Assembly: GCF_000017845.1 (NCBI RefSeq)
Contig: NC_010546.1
Location: 3,420,001-3,452,000, forward strand
Source: Crocosphaera subtropica ATCC 51142
GTDB lineage: Bacteria; Cyanobacteriota; Cyanobacteriia; Cyanobacteriales; Microcystaceae
Direction of reading: 5' to 3'
Length of the DNA: 32,000 nt
The notes under the pieces are model-generated. The model saw nothing but the letters and a program-made list of their open reading frames with translations, did not search any database and was not told the origin of the DNA. How positions within the stretch are numbered: position 1 is the stretch's first letter; each line of letters opens with the position of its first letter. Positions 8,333-15,801 of this stretch are shown here, in pieces. Made by a program: the position numbers and the translations under genes.

Positions 8333-8501
8333 ACACCCCTACATCTAATGATTAGCTCTAGTTTACCTGGATTGTTACGATATGGCTGGTAACTTTCTGA
8401 TTTTATTACCTTTGACTTTTAGCATAATGGTGAAGTAGTGGTTACATTGCGCTTCAATATCGAGGGTCAATTCTGGCTCAAACTCCTCATAACGGTCAAT
8501 T

Positions 8502-9656
8502 ATGGTTCAAATCTTATTGATTGATGATGATCGCACTATTCGTTCTCTGTTAGAGAGAACCCTCAAACGTCAGGGTTACGATGTGGTTTGCGTTGACAAA
8601 GGGGCCGAAGGGTTAATCAAGGCCAAGGAATTACATCCAGCGATGATTATTTGTGATTGGGTAATGCCGGGGATAACTGGTTTAGAGGTGTGCCGTCAGG
8701 TTAAAAGGATTCCTGATTTAGCGACTACTTTTTTTATTTTACTGACTTCTTTAGGATCAGTCGAAGATCGAGTGAAGGGGTTAGATGCAGGGGCTGATGA
8801 TTTCCTCTGCAAACCCATCGAAATGAATGAGTTTATTGCTAGAATTAGAGCCGGATTAAGACTACATCAATTAAGTCAAGATTTAACGGAACAAAAACGA
8901 CTTTTAGAAGCGGAACTGGCAGAAGCGGCCGAATATGTTAGCTCCATTTTACCTAATCCGCTTAGGCATCGTTGTTTAACTATTGATTCCCGTTTTCTTC
9001 CTTCAAGTCAGTTAGGAGGGGATGGGTTTGACTATTTTTGGTTAGATGATCATCATTTAGCCCTTTATCTTTTAGATGTTTCTGGCCACGGACTTCGGGC
9101 TGCTTTACCTGCTTTGGCTGTTATTAATTTACTCCGTTCTCAAAATTTAAGCCAAGTTAATTATTATTACCCCAATGAGGTTTTACTTGGACTGAATAAA
9201 ACTTTTCAAATGACTGATACAAATGATAAATATTTTACTATTTGGTATGGGGTTTATAATTGCAAAAAAGGTGAACTAATCTATGCCAGTGCTGGTCATC
9301 CTCCTGCTATTTTATTGACTCCAAACTCGGACAAGAAACTAATAGAAACTCGCTTGAAAACGCCTGGTTTGCCCATAGGAATGTTTCCCGATGCAACTTA
9401 TAGCAATCAATCTCTTTTTATTGATAGTTTCTCTAAGTTATATATTTTTAGTGATGGTATCTATGAAATTGAACAGGAAGATGGCGGCTTTCTAGGATTA
9501 ACTAATTTTTTATCAATGATTCATGACTATCAACAACAGGAATTTAACAATTTAGATCAGTTAATTAGCTGCTTGAAATGCTGTAATTTTAAGAAAAAAT
9601 TCGATGATGATTTATCAATTATTGAAGTTAATTTTAATGAGAATCCTTCGAGATAG
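8502..9656 (+). CDS. Response-regulator receiver domain fused to a PP2C/SpoIIE-type phosphatase (RsbU-like)
   Basis: 384-aa ORF. The REC motifs are LLIDDD and IICDWVMPGITGLEV, with CKP present. A coiled linker precedes the PP2C/SpoIIE region (GGDGFDYF, LLDVSGHGLRAAL, YASAGHPP, FSDGIYE). Confidence 0.85.
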   Translation: MVQILLIDDDRTIRSLLERTLKRQGYDVVCVDKGAEGLIKAKELHPAMIICDWVMPGITGLEVCRQVKRIPDLATTFFILLTSLGSVEDRVKGLDAGADDFLCKPIEMNEFIARIRAGLRLHQLSQDLTEQKRLLEAELAEAAEYVSSILPNPLRHRCLTIDSRFLPSSQLGGDGFDYFWLDDHHLALYLLDVSGHGLRAALPALAVINLLRSQNLSQVNYYYPNEVLLGLNKTFQMTDTNDKYFTIWYGVYNCKKGELIYASAGHPPAILLTPNSDKKLIETRLKTPGLPIGMFPDATYSNQSLFIDSFSKLYIFSDGIYEIEQEDGGFLGLTNFLSMIHDYQQQEFNNLDQLISCLKCCNFKKKFDDDLSIIEVNFNENPSR

Positions 9657-9659
9657 GAT

Positions 9660-9983
9660 TTACAAATCCATAATATTTTTTTCCAACTCTTCTCGACTTT
9701 CAAAAATTCTAAACACTTTGTGCATATCTGTTAGTTCAAGTAACATCATTACCTGCTCATTCACTGAACATAAAAATAGTTTAGCGCCAGCAGCCCGAAC
9801 GGTTTTCAACGACAAAACTAAAGCCCCTAAACCTGAGCTATCCATAAAGCTAACATCTTTGAAATCAACTACAATAACTTTGGAGTTTTCTTCTAACAGT
9901 TTCTGAATTTGTTGGCGGAACTGTTGGGCTTTATTTACATCAACTATTCCCGTGGGTTGATACACTTGAAAGTAGGTTGTCAT
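9660..9983 (-). CDS. STAS-domain anti-sigma-factor antagonist (RsbV/SpoIIAA-like)
   Basis: 107-aa ORF with the conserved phosphorylatable-serine motif FMDSSGLGALV. Confidence 0.85.
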   Translation of the reverse strand: MTTYFQVYQPTGIVDVNKAQQFRQQIQKLLEENSKVIVVDFKDVSFMDSSGLGALVLSLKTVRAAGAKLFLCSVNEQVMMLLELTDMHKVFRIFESREELEKNIMDL

Positions 9984-10112
9984 TGATAATTAAATTAAAA
10001 AATTACAATAAAAGTTCAAAATAATTCTCGGACGTATTTTACCATAAAAATGGATAATACTAAAGCATTAAATATTGAGTATCTTTCTCTTAAAGAGTGG
10101 GATTAGGATAGC

Positions 10113-10274
10113 CTAAAAAAATAAAATGACTGACAATAAAAAACTGATATCATCAATGGGGGCAGGGGCTGATAAATCCGATGGTAAGAAAGCACGGGCT
10201 GTAACTGCTACTAATGCTACTAAAAAGATTAAAACAATTAACATCGGGGCAATGTATTGACGGAAGAATGTCAT
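10113..10274 (-). CDS. Possible 53-aa single-pass membrane protein (below the ORF-track size cutoff)
   Basis: Hand translation from ATG (10274-10272) gives MTFFRQYIAPMLIVLIFLVALVAVTARAFLPSDLSAPAPIDDISFLLSVILFF, ending at TAG (10115-10113). It has a hydrophobic helix and codon choices typical of this window. There is no SD and no homology evidence. A 44-aa ORF is also open on the opposite strand. Confidence 0.3.
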   Translation of the reverse strand: MTFFRQYIAPMLIVLIFLVALVAVTARAFLPSDLSAPAPIDDISFLLSVILFF

Positions 10275-10327
10275 GGTAAAATGTCTAAAATTTATACATA
10301 TTCTTCACATTGTACCAAATTAACTTG

Positions 10328-10918
10328 ATGTCTGCTCAATTATTTTCTCATTCACAAATCTTAATGGCGGGAGTTGATGAAGTAGGGCGAGGCTGTTTGT
10401 TTGGCCCGGTAGTTGCTGCTGCAGTGGTGTTTAACTTTACGACTATTGCTCAACTTCAAGACATAGGTGTTAAAGACAGTAAACAACTCTCAGTTAAACG
10501 CCGTGAAAGTTTAGTAACAGAGATTAAAAATAGGGCTATTTCTTATCAAATTAGTTATGCCTCTTCCCAAGAAATTGATCGCCTTAATATTTTAAATGCC
10601 TCTTTATTAGCAATGAAACGATCCATTACTAAACTATCTGTAACCCCTGAACTTTGTTTAATAGATGGTAATCAAAAAATACCTGATCTTACTATTGCCC
10701 AAGAAACAATTATTGGAGGCGATCGCACATCTCCTATCATTGCTGCTGCTAGTATTTTAGCTAAGGTTTGGCGTGATCAATTAATTGTCCGTTTAGCTGC
10801 GAAATACCCTCATTATGATTTAGAAAATAATAAGGGTTATGGAACTAAAAAACATCGCATGGGTTTACAACAATATGGGCCATGTTTTCATCATCGTCGT
10901 TCTTTTAAACTGGGTTAA
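10328..10918 (+). CDS. rnhB: Ribonuclease HII
   Basis: Motifs GVDEVGRGCLFGPVVAAAVV, DSKQLS and GYGT..H are present. The ORF track starts at TTG 10310; the first ATG is at 10328. Confidence 0.9.
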   Translation: MSAQLFSHSQILMAGVDEVGRGCLFGPVVAAAVVFNFTTIAQLQDIGVKDSKQLSVKRRESLVTEIKNRAISYQISYASSQEIDRLNILNASLLAMKRSITKLSVTPELCLIDGNQKIPDLTIAQETIIGGDRTSPIIAAASILAKVWRDQLIVRLAAKYPHYDLENNKGYGTKKHRMGLQQYGPCFHHRRSFKLG

Positions 10919-10919
10919 A

Positions 10920-11864
10920 TTAATGATTTTTTTGTCGTAGGTAAGTTAATAATTTAGTCAATTCATCAGGTAAAGGGGCGATCGCTTCTATTTTTTCTGA
11001 GGTAATGGGATGGGTTAATGTTAATTTATGAGCGTGTAATGCTTGTCCTGATAAATTCATTTTTAAGGAACGATTTGTACTGTATAACGGATCACCTACA
11101 ATGGGATTACCGTAATAGCTACTATGCACTCTTATTTGATGGGTTCTACCGGTTTCTAAGGTGAATTTAACTAAACTATAATTTCCTAATCTTTCTAGAA
11201 TTTCCCAATGGGTTATCGCTTCCCTTCCTCGCTTTTCTAGGGGGACAACTGCCATCTTTTTTCTATCAATAGGATGACGACCTATGGGTAAATTAATTAT
11301 ACCTTGATGGCTGTTTTCTTTATCTTCTTGATTAGTTAATACACCATAAATAATCCCTAAATATTCTCGTTTTGCTGTTTTATTTTTAATTTGTGCTTGT
11401 AGGTTTTGATGGGCAAAATCAGTCTTGGCAACCACCATTGCGCCAGTGGTATCTTTATCTAAACGGTGAACAATTCCAGGCCGTTGTACCCCACCAATTC
11501 CTGCTAAATTAGAACAATGATAAAGTAGACCGTGGACTAAGGTTCCTGTTTCGTGTCCCGGTGCTGGATGTACCACTAAATTAGCTGGTTTATTAATAAT
11601 AATTAGCTGCTCATCTTCGTATAAAATATCGAGGGGTAGGGGTTCGGGTTTCAGTTCTAAGGGTTTGGGTTCAGGGAGATTGATTTGTAAGCGATCGCCT
11701 ATTTTAACTTTTATTTTTTTGTTGGTACAAACTTCATTATTTAGGATAATATTTCCTTGTTCTATTAATCTTTGAATATGGGAACGAGAAATATCCGTGA
11801 GTTGGTTAGATAACCAAAGATCCAAGCGATTACCTTTATTTTCTACAGTTAAGTTAATGGTCAT
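10920..11864 (-). CDS. rluD: RluA-family 23S rRNA pseudouridine synthase (RluD-like) with N-terminal S4 domain
   Basis: 314-aa ORF. It has an S4-like N-terminus (RLDLWLS...SRSHIQRLI), the catalytic motif HRLDKDTTG and GRTHQIRVH. Confidence 0.85.
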   Translation of the reverse strand: MTINLTVENKGNRLDLWLSNQLTDISRSHIQRLIEQGNIILNNEVCTNKKIKVKIGDRLQINLPEPKPLELKPEPLPLDILYEDEQLIIINKPANLVVHPAPGHETGTLVHGLLYHCSNLAGIGGVQRPGIVHRLDKDTTGAMVVAKTDFAHQNLQAQIKNKTAKREYLGIIYGVLTNQEDKENSHQGIINLPIGRHPIDRKKMAVVPLEKRGREAITHWEILERLGNYSLVKFTLETGRTHQIRVHSSYYGNPIVGDPLYSTNRSLKMNLSGQALHAHKLTLTHPITSEKIEAIAPLPDELTKLLTYLRQKNH

Positions 11865-12082
11865 AAAAAATAAATTTTTATTGTATTAATTATAAGTAAT
11901 AATATTTAGTAATTTTATGATAGCATATATGATAGTTATCATCCTATCTTAGTTAATTAATGTAGGATAGGTTAGACGGCAATAATTTAGGTTACTACAA
12001 CAATATAAAAATTCTTCGTAACTCACCATTTTCCCAGTCTGTTAAGATAGAGAGAAAATAATCAATTACGAAAGTTAAAATT

Positions 12083-12451
12083 ATGGTTGAACCTATTTCT
12101 TTAACAGTTTTAGCGACTTCTATTGTAGGGTTTGTGTTTACGACTGCTTCGACAACAGTGGTTCAAAAAGCAACAGAAGCAACCCTTGAAAAAATTAAGA
12201 AGCTAACTCAAATAATTAGAGATAAGTTAAAATCAAATCCTAATGTAATGGTTGAGTTAGATAAAGAGGATGATAAAGATAAAGATTTAGAAACCATCCG
12301 CTTTTATTTAGAAGGAGAAATGAGACAAAATAAAGAGTTTGCTGAAGAAGTAAAAAGTCTCTATGAAGAAATTAATCAAGCTTTAGAAAAAGAAGGACAA
12401 GGTTCTAATATTATGTATGTTTATGGAGGTAAAACGTATCAACAAAATTAA
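12083..12451 (+). CDS. Hypothetical protein (hydrophobic N-terminus, charged helical middle, Gly/Asn/Gln-rich end); possibly truncated
   Basis: 122-aa ORF. After the TAA at 12449-12451 the same frame continues NQGNIYNADTININEK to a second TAA at 12500-12502. A MITE-like element follows immediately. Confidence 0.45.
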   Translation: MVEPISLTVLATSIVGFVFTTASTTVVQKATEATLEKIKKLTQIIRDKLKSNPNVMVELDKEDDKDKDLETIRFYLEGEMRQNKEFAEEVKSLYEEINQALEKEGQGSNIMYVYGGKTYQQN

Positions 12452-12517
12452 AACCAAGGTAATATTTATAATGCAGATACTATCAATATTAATGAAAAGT
12501 AAGAGACTGTTTATAAT

Positions 12518-12666
12518 TGTCATTGTGAGGGATAATATAAAAAGTAAGCTTTCACTTTCACTGAACATACTCCGAAGCAATCTACGCTAGATAGAGAGAT
12601 TGCTTCGGAGACAAAATTCAGTCTCAAACTAAACTTCAGTAAACGTCTTGCCTCCTCACAATGACA
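12518..12666. mobile_element. MITE-like nested inverted-repeat element
   Basis: The outer perfect 13-bp inverted repeat is TGTCATTGTGAGG (12518-12530) / CCTCACAATGACA (12654-12666). The inner perfect 14-bp hairpin is CTCCGAAGCAATCT (12570-12583) / AGATTGCTTCGGAG (12597-12610). The element is flanked by 17-nt near-identical direct repeats at 12482-12498 and 12683-12699. Confidence 0.55.
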
Positions 12667-12794
12667 GTTGACTTATGCTTAAATTAATATCAATGAAAAT
12701 GGCTAAACGTACCCTTTAGTTATTTTTCGTTGTAAACACTATGACAACCCATAAACCAATTCATTAGTAAGATATAATTTAAGAACGAAGTAGA

Positions 12795-13199
12795 TTATTT
12801 ATCCTTTTTATGATGCACTTCAACCACAGTATGAACATTCCCTCTCGGATTAAAATCACCCTTTAACGTTGCTTCTAAAGGGTCACAAGCTGCCACAAAA
12901 TCATCCAAAATTTGGTTAACAGACTCCTCATGGGAAATATAGCGATCGCGGTAACTATTGATATATAGTTTAATGGCTTTTAACTCCACAACTTTTTCAT
13001 TCGGCACATAAGTTAAATGTAAGGTTGCAAAGTCAGGATAACCAGAAAAGGGACATTTACAAGTAAACTCTGGCAAAGTAATATTAATGGTATAATAACG
13101 ACCGATACGAGGATTAGGAAAAGTGATTAATTTCCCCTCTTCGATTTCCCGTTCTCCATATTTCATGGTTGAAGTATCAGCATTAGAAACTTGAGTCAT
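12795..13199 (-). CDS. queF: NADPH-dependent 7-cyano-7-deazaguanine (preQ0) reductase QueF, type I
   Basis: 134-aa ORF with the catalytic Cys context FTCKCPFSGYPDFATL and the QueF motif ELKAIKLYINSYR. Confidence 0.9.
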   Translation of the reverse strand: MTQVSNADTSTMKYGEREIEEGKLITFPNPRIGRYYTINITLPEFTCKCPFSGYPDFATLHLTYVPNEKVVELKAIKLYINSYRDRYISHEESVNQILDDFVAACDPLEATLKGDFNPRGNVHTVVEVHHKKDK

Positions 13200-13277
13200 G
13201 GCAATAAGTTAATAAAATTTATTACTTTTAATATAACAGTTAATAGTGATCAGTTACCAGTAATCGGTTATCAGTTG

Positions 13278-14570
13278 TTAATTATTAATTAGCCAAAGAA
13301 TGATCCTAGTTCCTGTCTTATTTTCTAAATTAATTGGACTAGATAGCTCAATTAATCCTCCCATTTGTGTTACTAACTCCTTAACTATAGCCAGACCTAA
13401 ACCACTACCCGCAATTTCACTATTTTCTTGACTTCCTCGATAATGTCGCTCAAAAATATGTTCTTGATCTTCCCTAGGAATACCATAACCCGTATCTTCA
13501 ATTAAAATTCCTTGGTATCTTTTATCATTAATTACTTTAGATAAACCCAATTTTATCCTAACTTTACCCGATGCAGGAGTATATTTAATACTATTATCAA
13601 TTAAATTACTTAATACTTCCCTTAATGCTGATTTATTTCCCAGTACAGCATCTAAATGATCGAACTTTTCTACTTGTAAATCAATCCCTTTATTCTCTGC
13701 AATAGACTCCGCAGACATAATAACTGTTTCTAAGATATCCCAAAGATTAATGGGACTTAATTCTAAAGACTGTGATGGGGGTAAAGAGGGAGATAATCGA
13801 TCAGGAATGGCCACAGAGTTAGTATTTAAGGTAATAATATCTGTCTCATCCACCATCCCCTTTTGATGACTTTCAAACTCTTTAATTAATTCTTGCAAAT
13901 GCTCCCCTTCTCGTACTATATTATTAACAATAGAACGACTTTGATCGTCGGTTCCTAAACGCTTGAGTAATAACTTGCCAAACACCTTTAAAGCAGTTAA
14001 GGGATTGCGTAATTGATGAAATAAATCATCAAGGCGATCACGTTCTTGTTGTTGCTGTCGCTGCTGCAATTGTAACTGCTTTTGATACCACCCTTGACGC
14101 TGATCTAATAAACGTGCAATAGCTAAAGTATCTGCTATTTTTTCAATTTGATTAAATTCTTCTGGTTTCCAGGGATAAGCTTCTCTCCGTGTTACTAATA
14201 CCCCTAACACCACTTCTTGATAAACTAACGGTAAAACAATTTGATAATCTTTTGAATCAATATGGTCATTTTCTGGGATAATTAAGGAGCGACTGAGATC
14301 ACTAGGCAACGACTTTGACAGGTTGGACAAAGTTACCTCCTGTTTTCCCTCTGTTAACTGAATTTGCTCATCTGATGGTATCTCTGCTGTTTCTTGTAAG
14401 GGATAGATCACCACAGGAATTAAGTTAACCGGTTGTCCTTGTTCTTCTGAGGTTAAATACACCGCACTCCAGTCTGCTTGTAACGTATTCCCTAACAGCA
14501 TCACTTGAGACTGACACAAAGCGATAAAATCTTGGCTAGGATTGGGGAGGCTGGCAGTAGCAGAAAACAT
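13278..14570 (-). CDS. GAF-domain sensor histidine kinase (soluble; possibly Hik2/CSK-like)
   Basis: 430-aa ORF with an N-terminal GAF-like region and a Gln-rich coiled linker. The kinase motifs are H-box HQLRNPLTAL, N-box LSNLIDNSIKYT, G1 EDTGYGIP and G2 GSGLGLAIV. No transmembrane segment is present. The Hik2 suggestion rests on architecture and size only. Confidence 0.8.
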   Translation of the reverse strand: MFSATASLPNPSQDFIALCQSQVMLLGNTLQADWSAVYLTSEEQGQPVNLIPVVIYPLQETAEIPSDEQIQLTEGKQEVTLSNLSKSLPSDLSRSLIIPENDHIDSKDYQIVLPLVYQEVVLGVLVTRREAYPWKPEEFNQIEKIADTLAIARLLDQRQGWYQKQLQLQQRQQQQERDRLDDLFHQLRNPLTALKVFGKLLLKRLGTDDQSRSIVNNIVREGEHLQELIKEFESHQKGMVDETDIITLNTNSVAIPDRLSPSLPPSQSLELSPINLWDILETVIMSAESIAENKGIDLQVEKFDHLDAVLGNKSALREVLSNLIDNSIKYTPASGKVRIKLGLSKVINDKRYQGILIEDTGYGIPREDQEHIFERHYRGSQENSEIAGSGLGLAIVKELVTQMGGLIELSSPINLENKTGTRIILWLINN

Positions 14571-14594
14571 AATGCAGAAAAGAGATTTTATATT

Positions 14595-14632
14595 AACTTT
14601 TGTAACAGAAAATAAACTTTTGTCACAGAAAA
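14595..14632. promoter_or_regulatory. Tandem 18-bp direct repeat (20-bp period) in a divergent promoter region; candidate transcription-factor site
   Basis: AACTTTTGTAACAGAAAA (14595-14612) and AACTTTTGTCACAGAAAA (14615-14632) differ at one position. Each carries a TGT-N-ACA core. The repeat lies between the histidine kinase start (14570, minus) and the DUF3155-like start (14810, plus). Confidence 0.4.
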
Positions 14633-14809
14633 AGAAGAGAGACGGTGAGCATTAAGGGCAAAAATATAGCAATGGTCTAACCTAGAGCAGATTCTGAGAA
14701 TCAAAAAACTATGTAAGCAATACTTGATTTTTAGAAATTAAACGGATATAATGACCTCGGATTTTGTAACTATGACTACAGTGTGTAGTCGAAACAGGAG
14801 GTAAAAGGG

Positions 14810-15133
14810 TTGGCAAGAAAGCGCAAACGTAAAAGTCGTCGTCGCCAGGAAGGCCGGAAAATTCTCGAGCTTGTACCCCAGTATAATATTGAAAGCGGCG
14901 AAGATAAACCAGTTACTGCCGCTAGAAAATATATCCATGAGATTGGGATACAACCGCCGGCCTTACTTATTGTAAGACGAAACGAACACACCACAGACAG
15001 ATATTTTTGGGCAGAGAAAGGTTTATTCGGCGCACAATACGTTGAAGAAAACCATTTTCTCTTTCCCAGTCTCAAAGAATACCAGCCACAGGTGCCAAAA
15101 GCACAGACCAAGACTCCTGCTGTCACTGGTTAA
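14810..15133 (+). CDS. Conserved cyanobacterial protein, DUF3155-like, with an Arg/Lys-rich N-terminus
   Basis: 107-aa ORF with TTG at 14810, preceded by AGGAGG at 14796-14801. The sequence ARKRKRKSRRRQEGRKILE...NEHTTDRYFWAEKGLFGAQYVEENHFLFPSL matches my recollection of DUF3155 proteins. The overlapping minus-strand ORFs are judged spurious. Confidence 0.65.
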   Translation: MARKRKRKSRRRQEGRKILELVPQYNIESGEDKPVTAARKYIHEIGIQPPALLIVRRNEHTTDRYFWAEKGLFGAQYVEENHFLFPSLKEYQPQVPKAQTKTPAVTG

Positions 15134-15159
15134 CGACGACTCAACTAAGAAAACGACCG

Positions 15160-15189
15160 AATCCCCCACTGCCATCTAGGGGGATTTTT
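15160..15189. terminator. Bidirectional intrinsic terminator between convergent genes
   Basis: AATCCCCC (15160-15167) and GGGGGATT (15179-15186) form an 8-bp stem with an 11-nt loop, followed by a T-run on the plus strand. The minus-strand flank is also T-rich. Confidence 0.7.
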
Positions 15190-15209
15190 ATTCGCTTGAT
15201 TATTATATA

Positions 15210-15743
15210 TCAATTGGCTGATTTTAGGGAAAAATTTTGTTTTAATTGGATCACTTCATCACGATGAGCAGTTAAGATTAAAAGGCTACCTGGCTGTGAT
15301 CCCTGTTCGGTGAGACTTTCAAGAGATAAAGATACCGTTTCTACTCGGCCAGCTTGTTTCCAATAAAAAATCCCTGCTACGGGGGCAAAAAGTTCTAGCG
15401 CAAAGAATAAGGGGGTCAGGGGGGGATAAACAAAAGATAGGACTAACACTAAGCAAAGTAATCCCAATGCTGCTAGAATTGTCAAGAAAATAGCTAAAAA
15501 CAGACTAGGACGGACAAACCCTTCAAAGGTAATCGTATCTTGACCTCCATTAGCGTTAGTAACAGTGTAAGCCCGTTGGCTAAAGTAGGTCTTGAGTTGT
15601 TCTAATAAAGAGGTTTTAGGGAGTTCTGAGATCAGTTTAACCTCTTCCGTGCGGTCTTTAACCGAGGCACGAATAAAGAAAAATAAACCGACCATTAGCA
15701 GGAGGGTGAGGAAGAAGGTAGAAATTAAAATAGGCGTATTCAC
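15210..15743 (-). CDS. Membrane protein, CCB1/DUF3529-like (cofactor assembly of complex C subunit B family)
   Basis: 177-aa ORF. It has an N-terminal helix followed by FFFIRASVKDRTE and two further hydrophobic helices. Family call is from memory of the IRAS.KDRT motif. Confidence 0.45.
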   Translation of the reverse strand: MNTPILISTFFLTLLLMVGLFFFIRASVKDRTEEVKLISELPKTSLLEQLKTYFSQRAYTVTNANGGQDTITFEGFVRPSLFLAIFLTILAALGLLCLVLVLSFVYPPLTPLFFALELFAPVAGIFYWKQAGRVETVSLSLESLTEQGSQPGSLLILTAHRDEVIQLKQNFSLKSAN

Positions 15744-15801
15744 TATGGTAAAAATATAAATCTTAGAGTATTAAGTTACATTAAGTTATCCTATCATTAA
15801 C

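Noticed and set aside
9604-9906. Plus-strand ORF 9604..9906
   Set aside because: It is antisense to the STAS gene, which has the diagnostic DSSGLG motif. Its translation is Ser/Ile/Leu-rich noise.
10126-10260. 44-aa plus-strand ORF (MTDNKKLISSMGAGADKSDGKKARAV...) opposite the candidate 53-aa membrane ORF
   Set aside because: It is hydrophilic and low-complexity, as expected for the antisense shadow of a hydrophobic ORF. I kept only the minus-strand candidate, and at low confidence.
12383-12580. Minus-strand ORF 12383..12580
   Set aside because: It runs through the MITE-like element and the 3' end of the small plus-strand ORF. Its translation is Ile/Leu/Ser-rich with no motifs.
13200-13277. 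Looked for a preQ1 riboswitch upstream of queF
   Set aside because: The 78-nt spacer after the histidine kinase stop shows no preQ1-type hairpin or A-rich tail pattern that I can recognise. queF may simply be co-transcribed with the kinase.
14601-14627. Considered an NtcA (GTA-N8-TAC) or CRP-type (TGTGA-N6-TCACA) site within the 18-bp repeats
   Set aside because: The spacing and half-sites do not fit. GTAACAGAAAATAA lacks the TAC half, and TGTAA...TCACA are 16 nt apart rather than 6.
14738-15126. Minus-strand ORFs 14738..14953 and 14776..15126
   Set aside because: They are antisense to the DUF3155-like gene, which has a consensus SD and a conserved-looking core. The minus-strand translations have no motifs.
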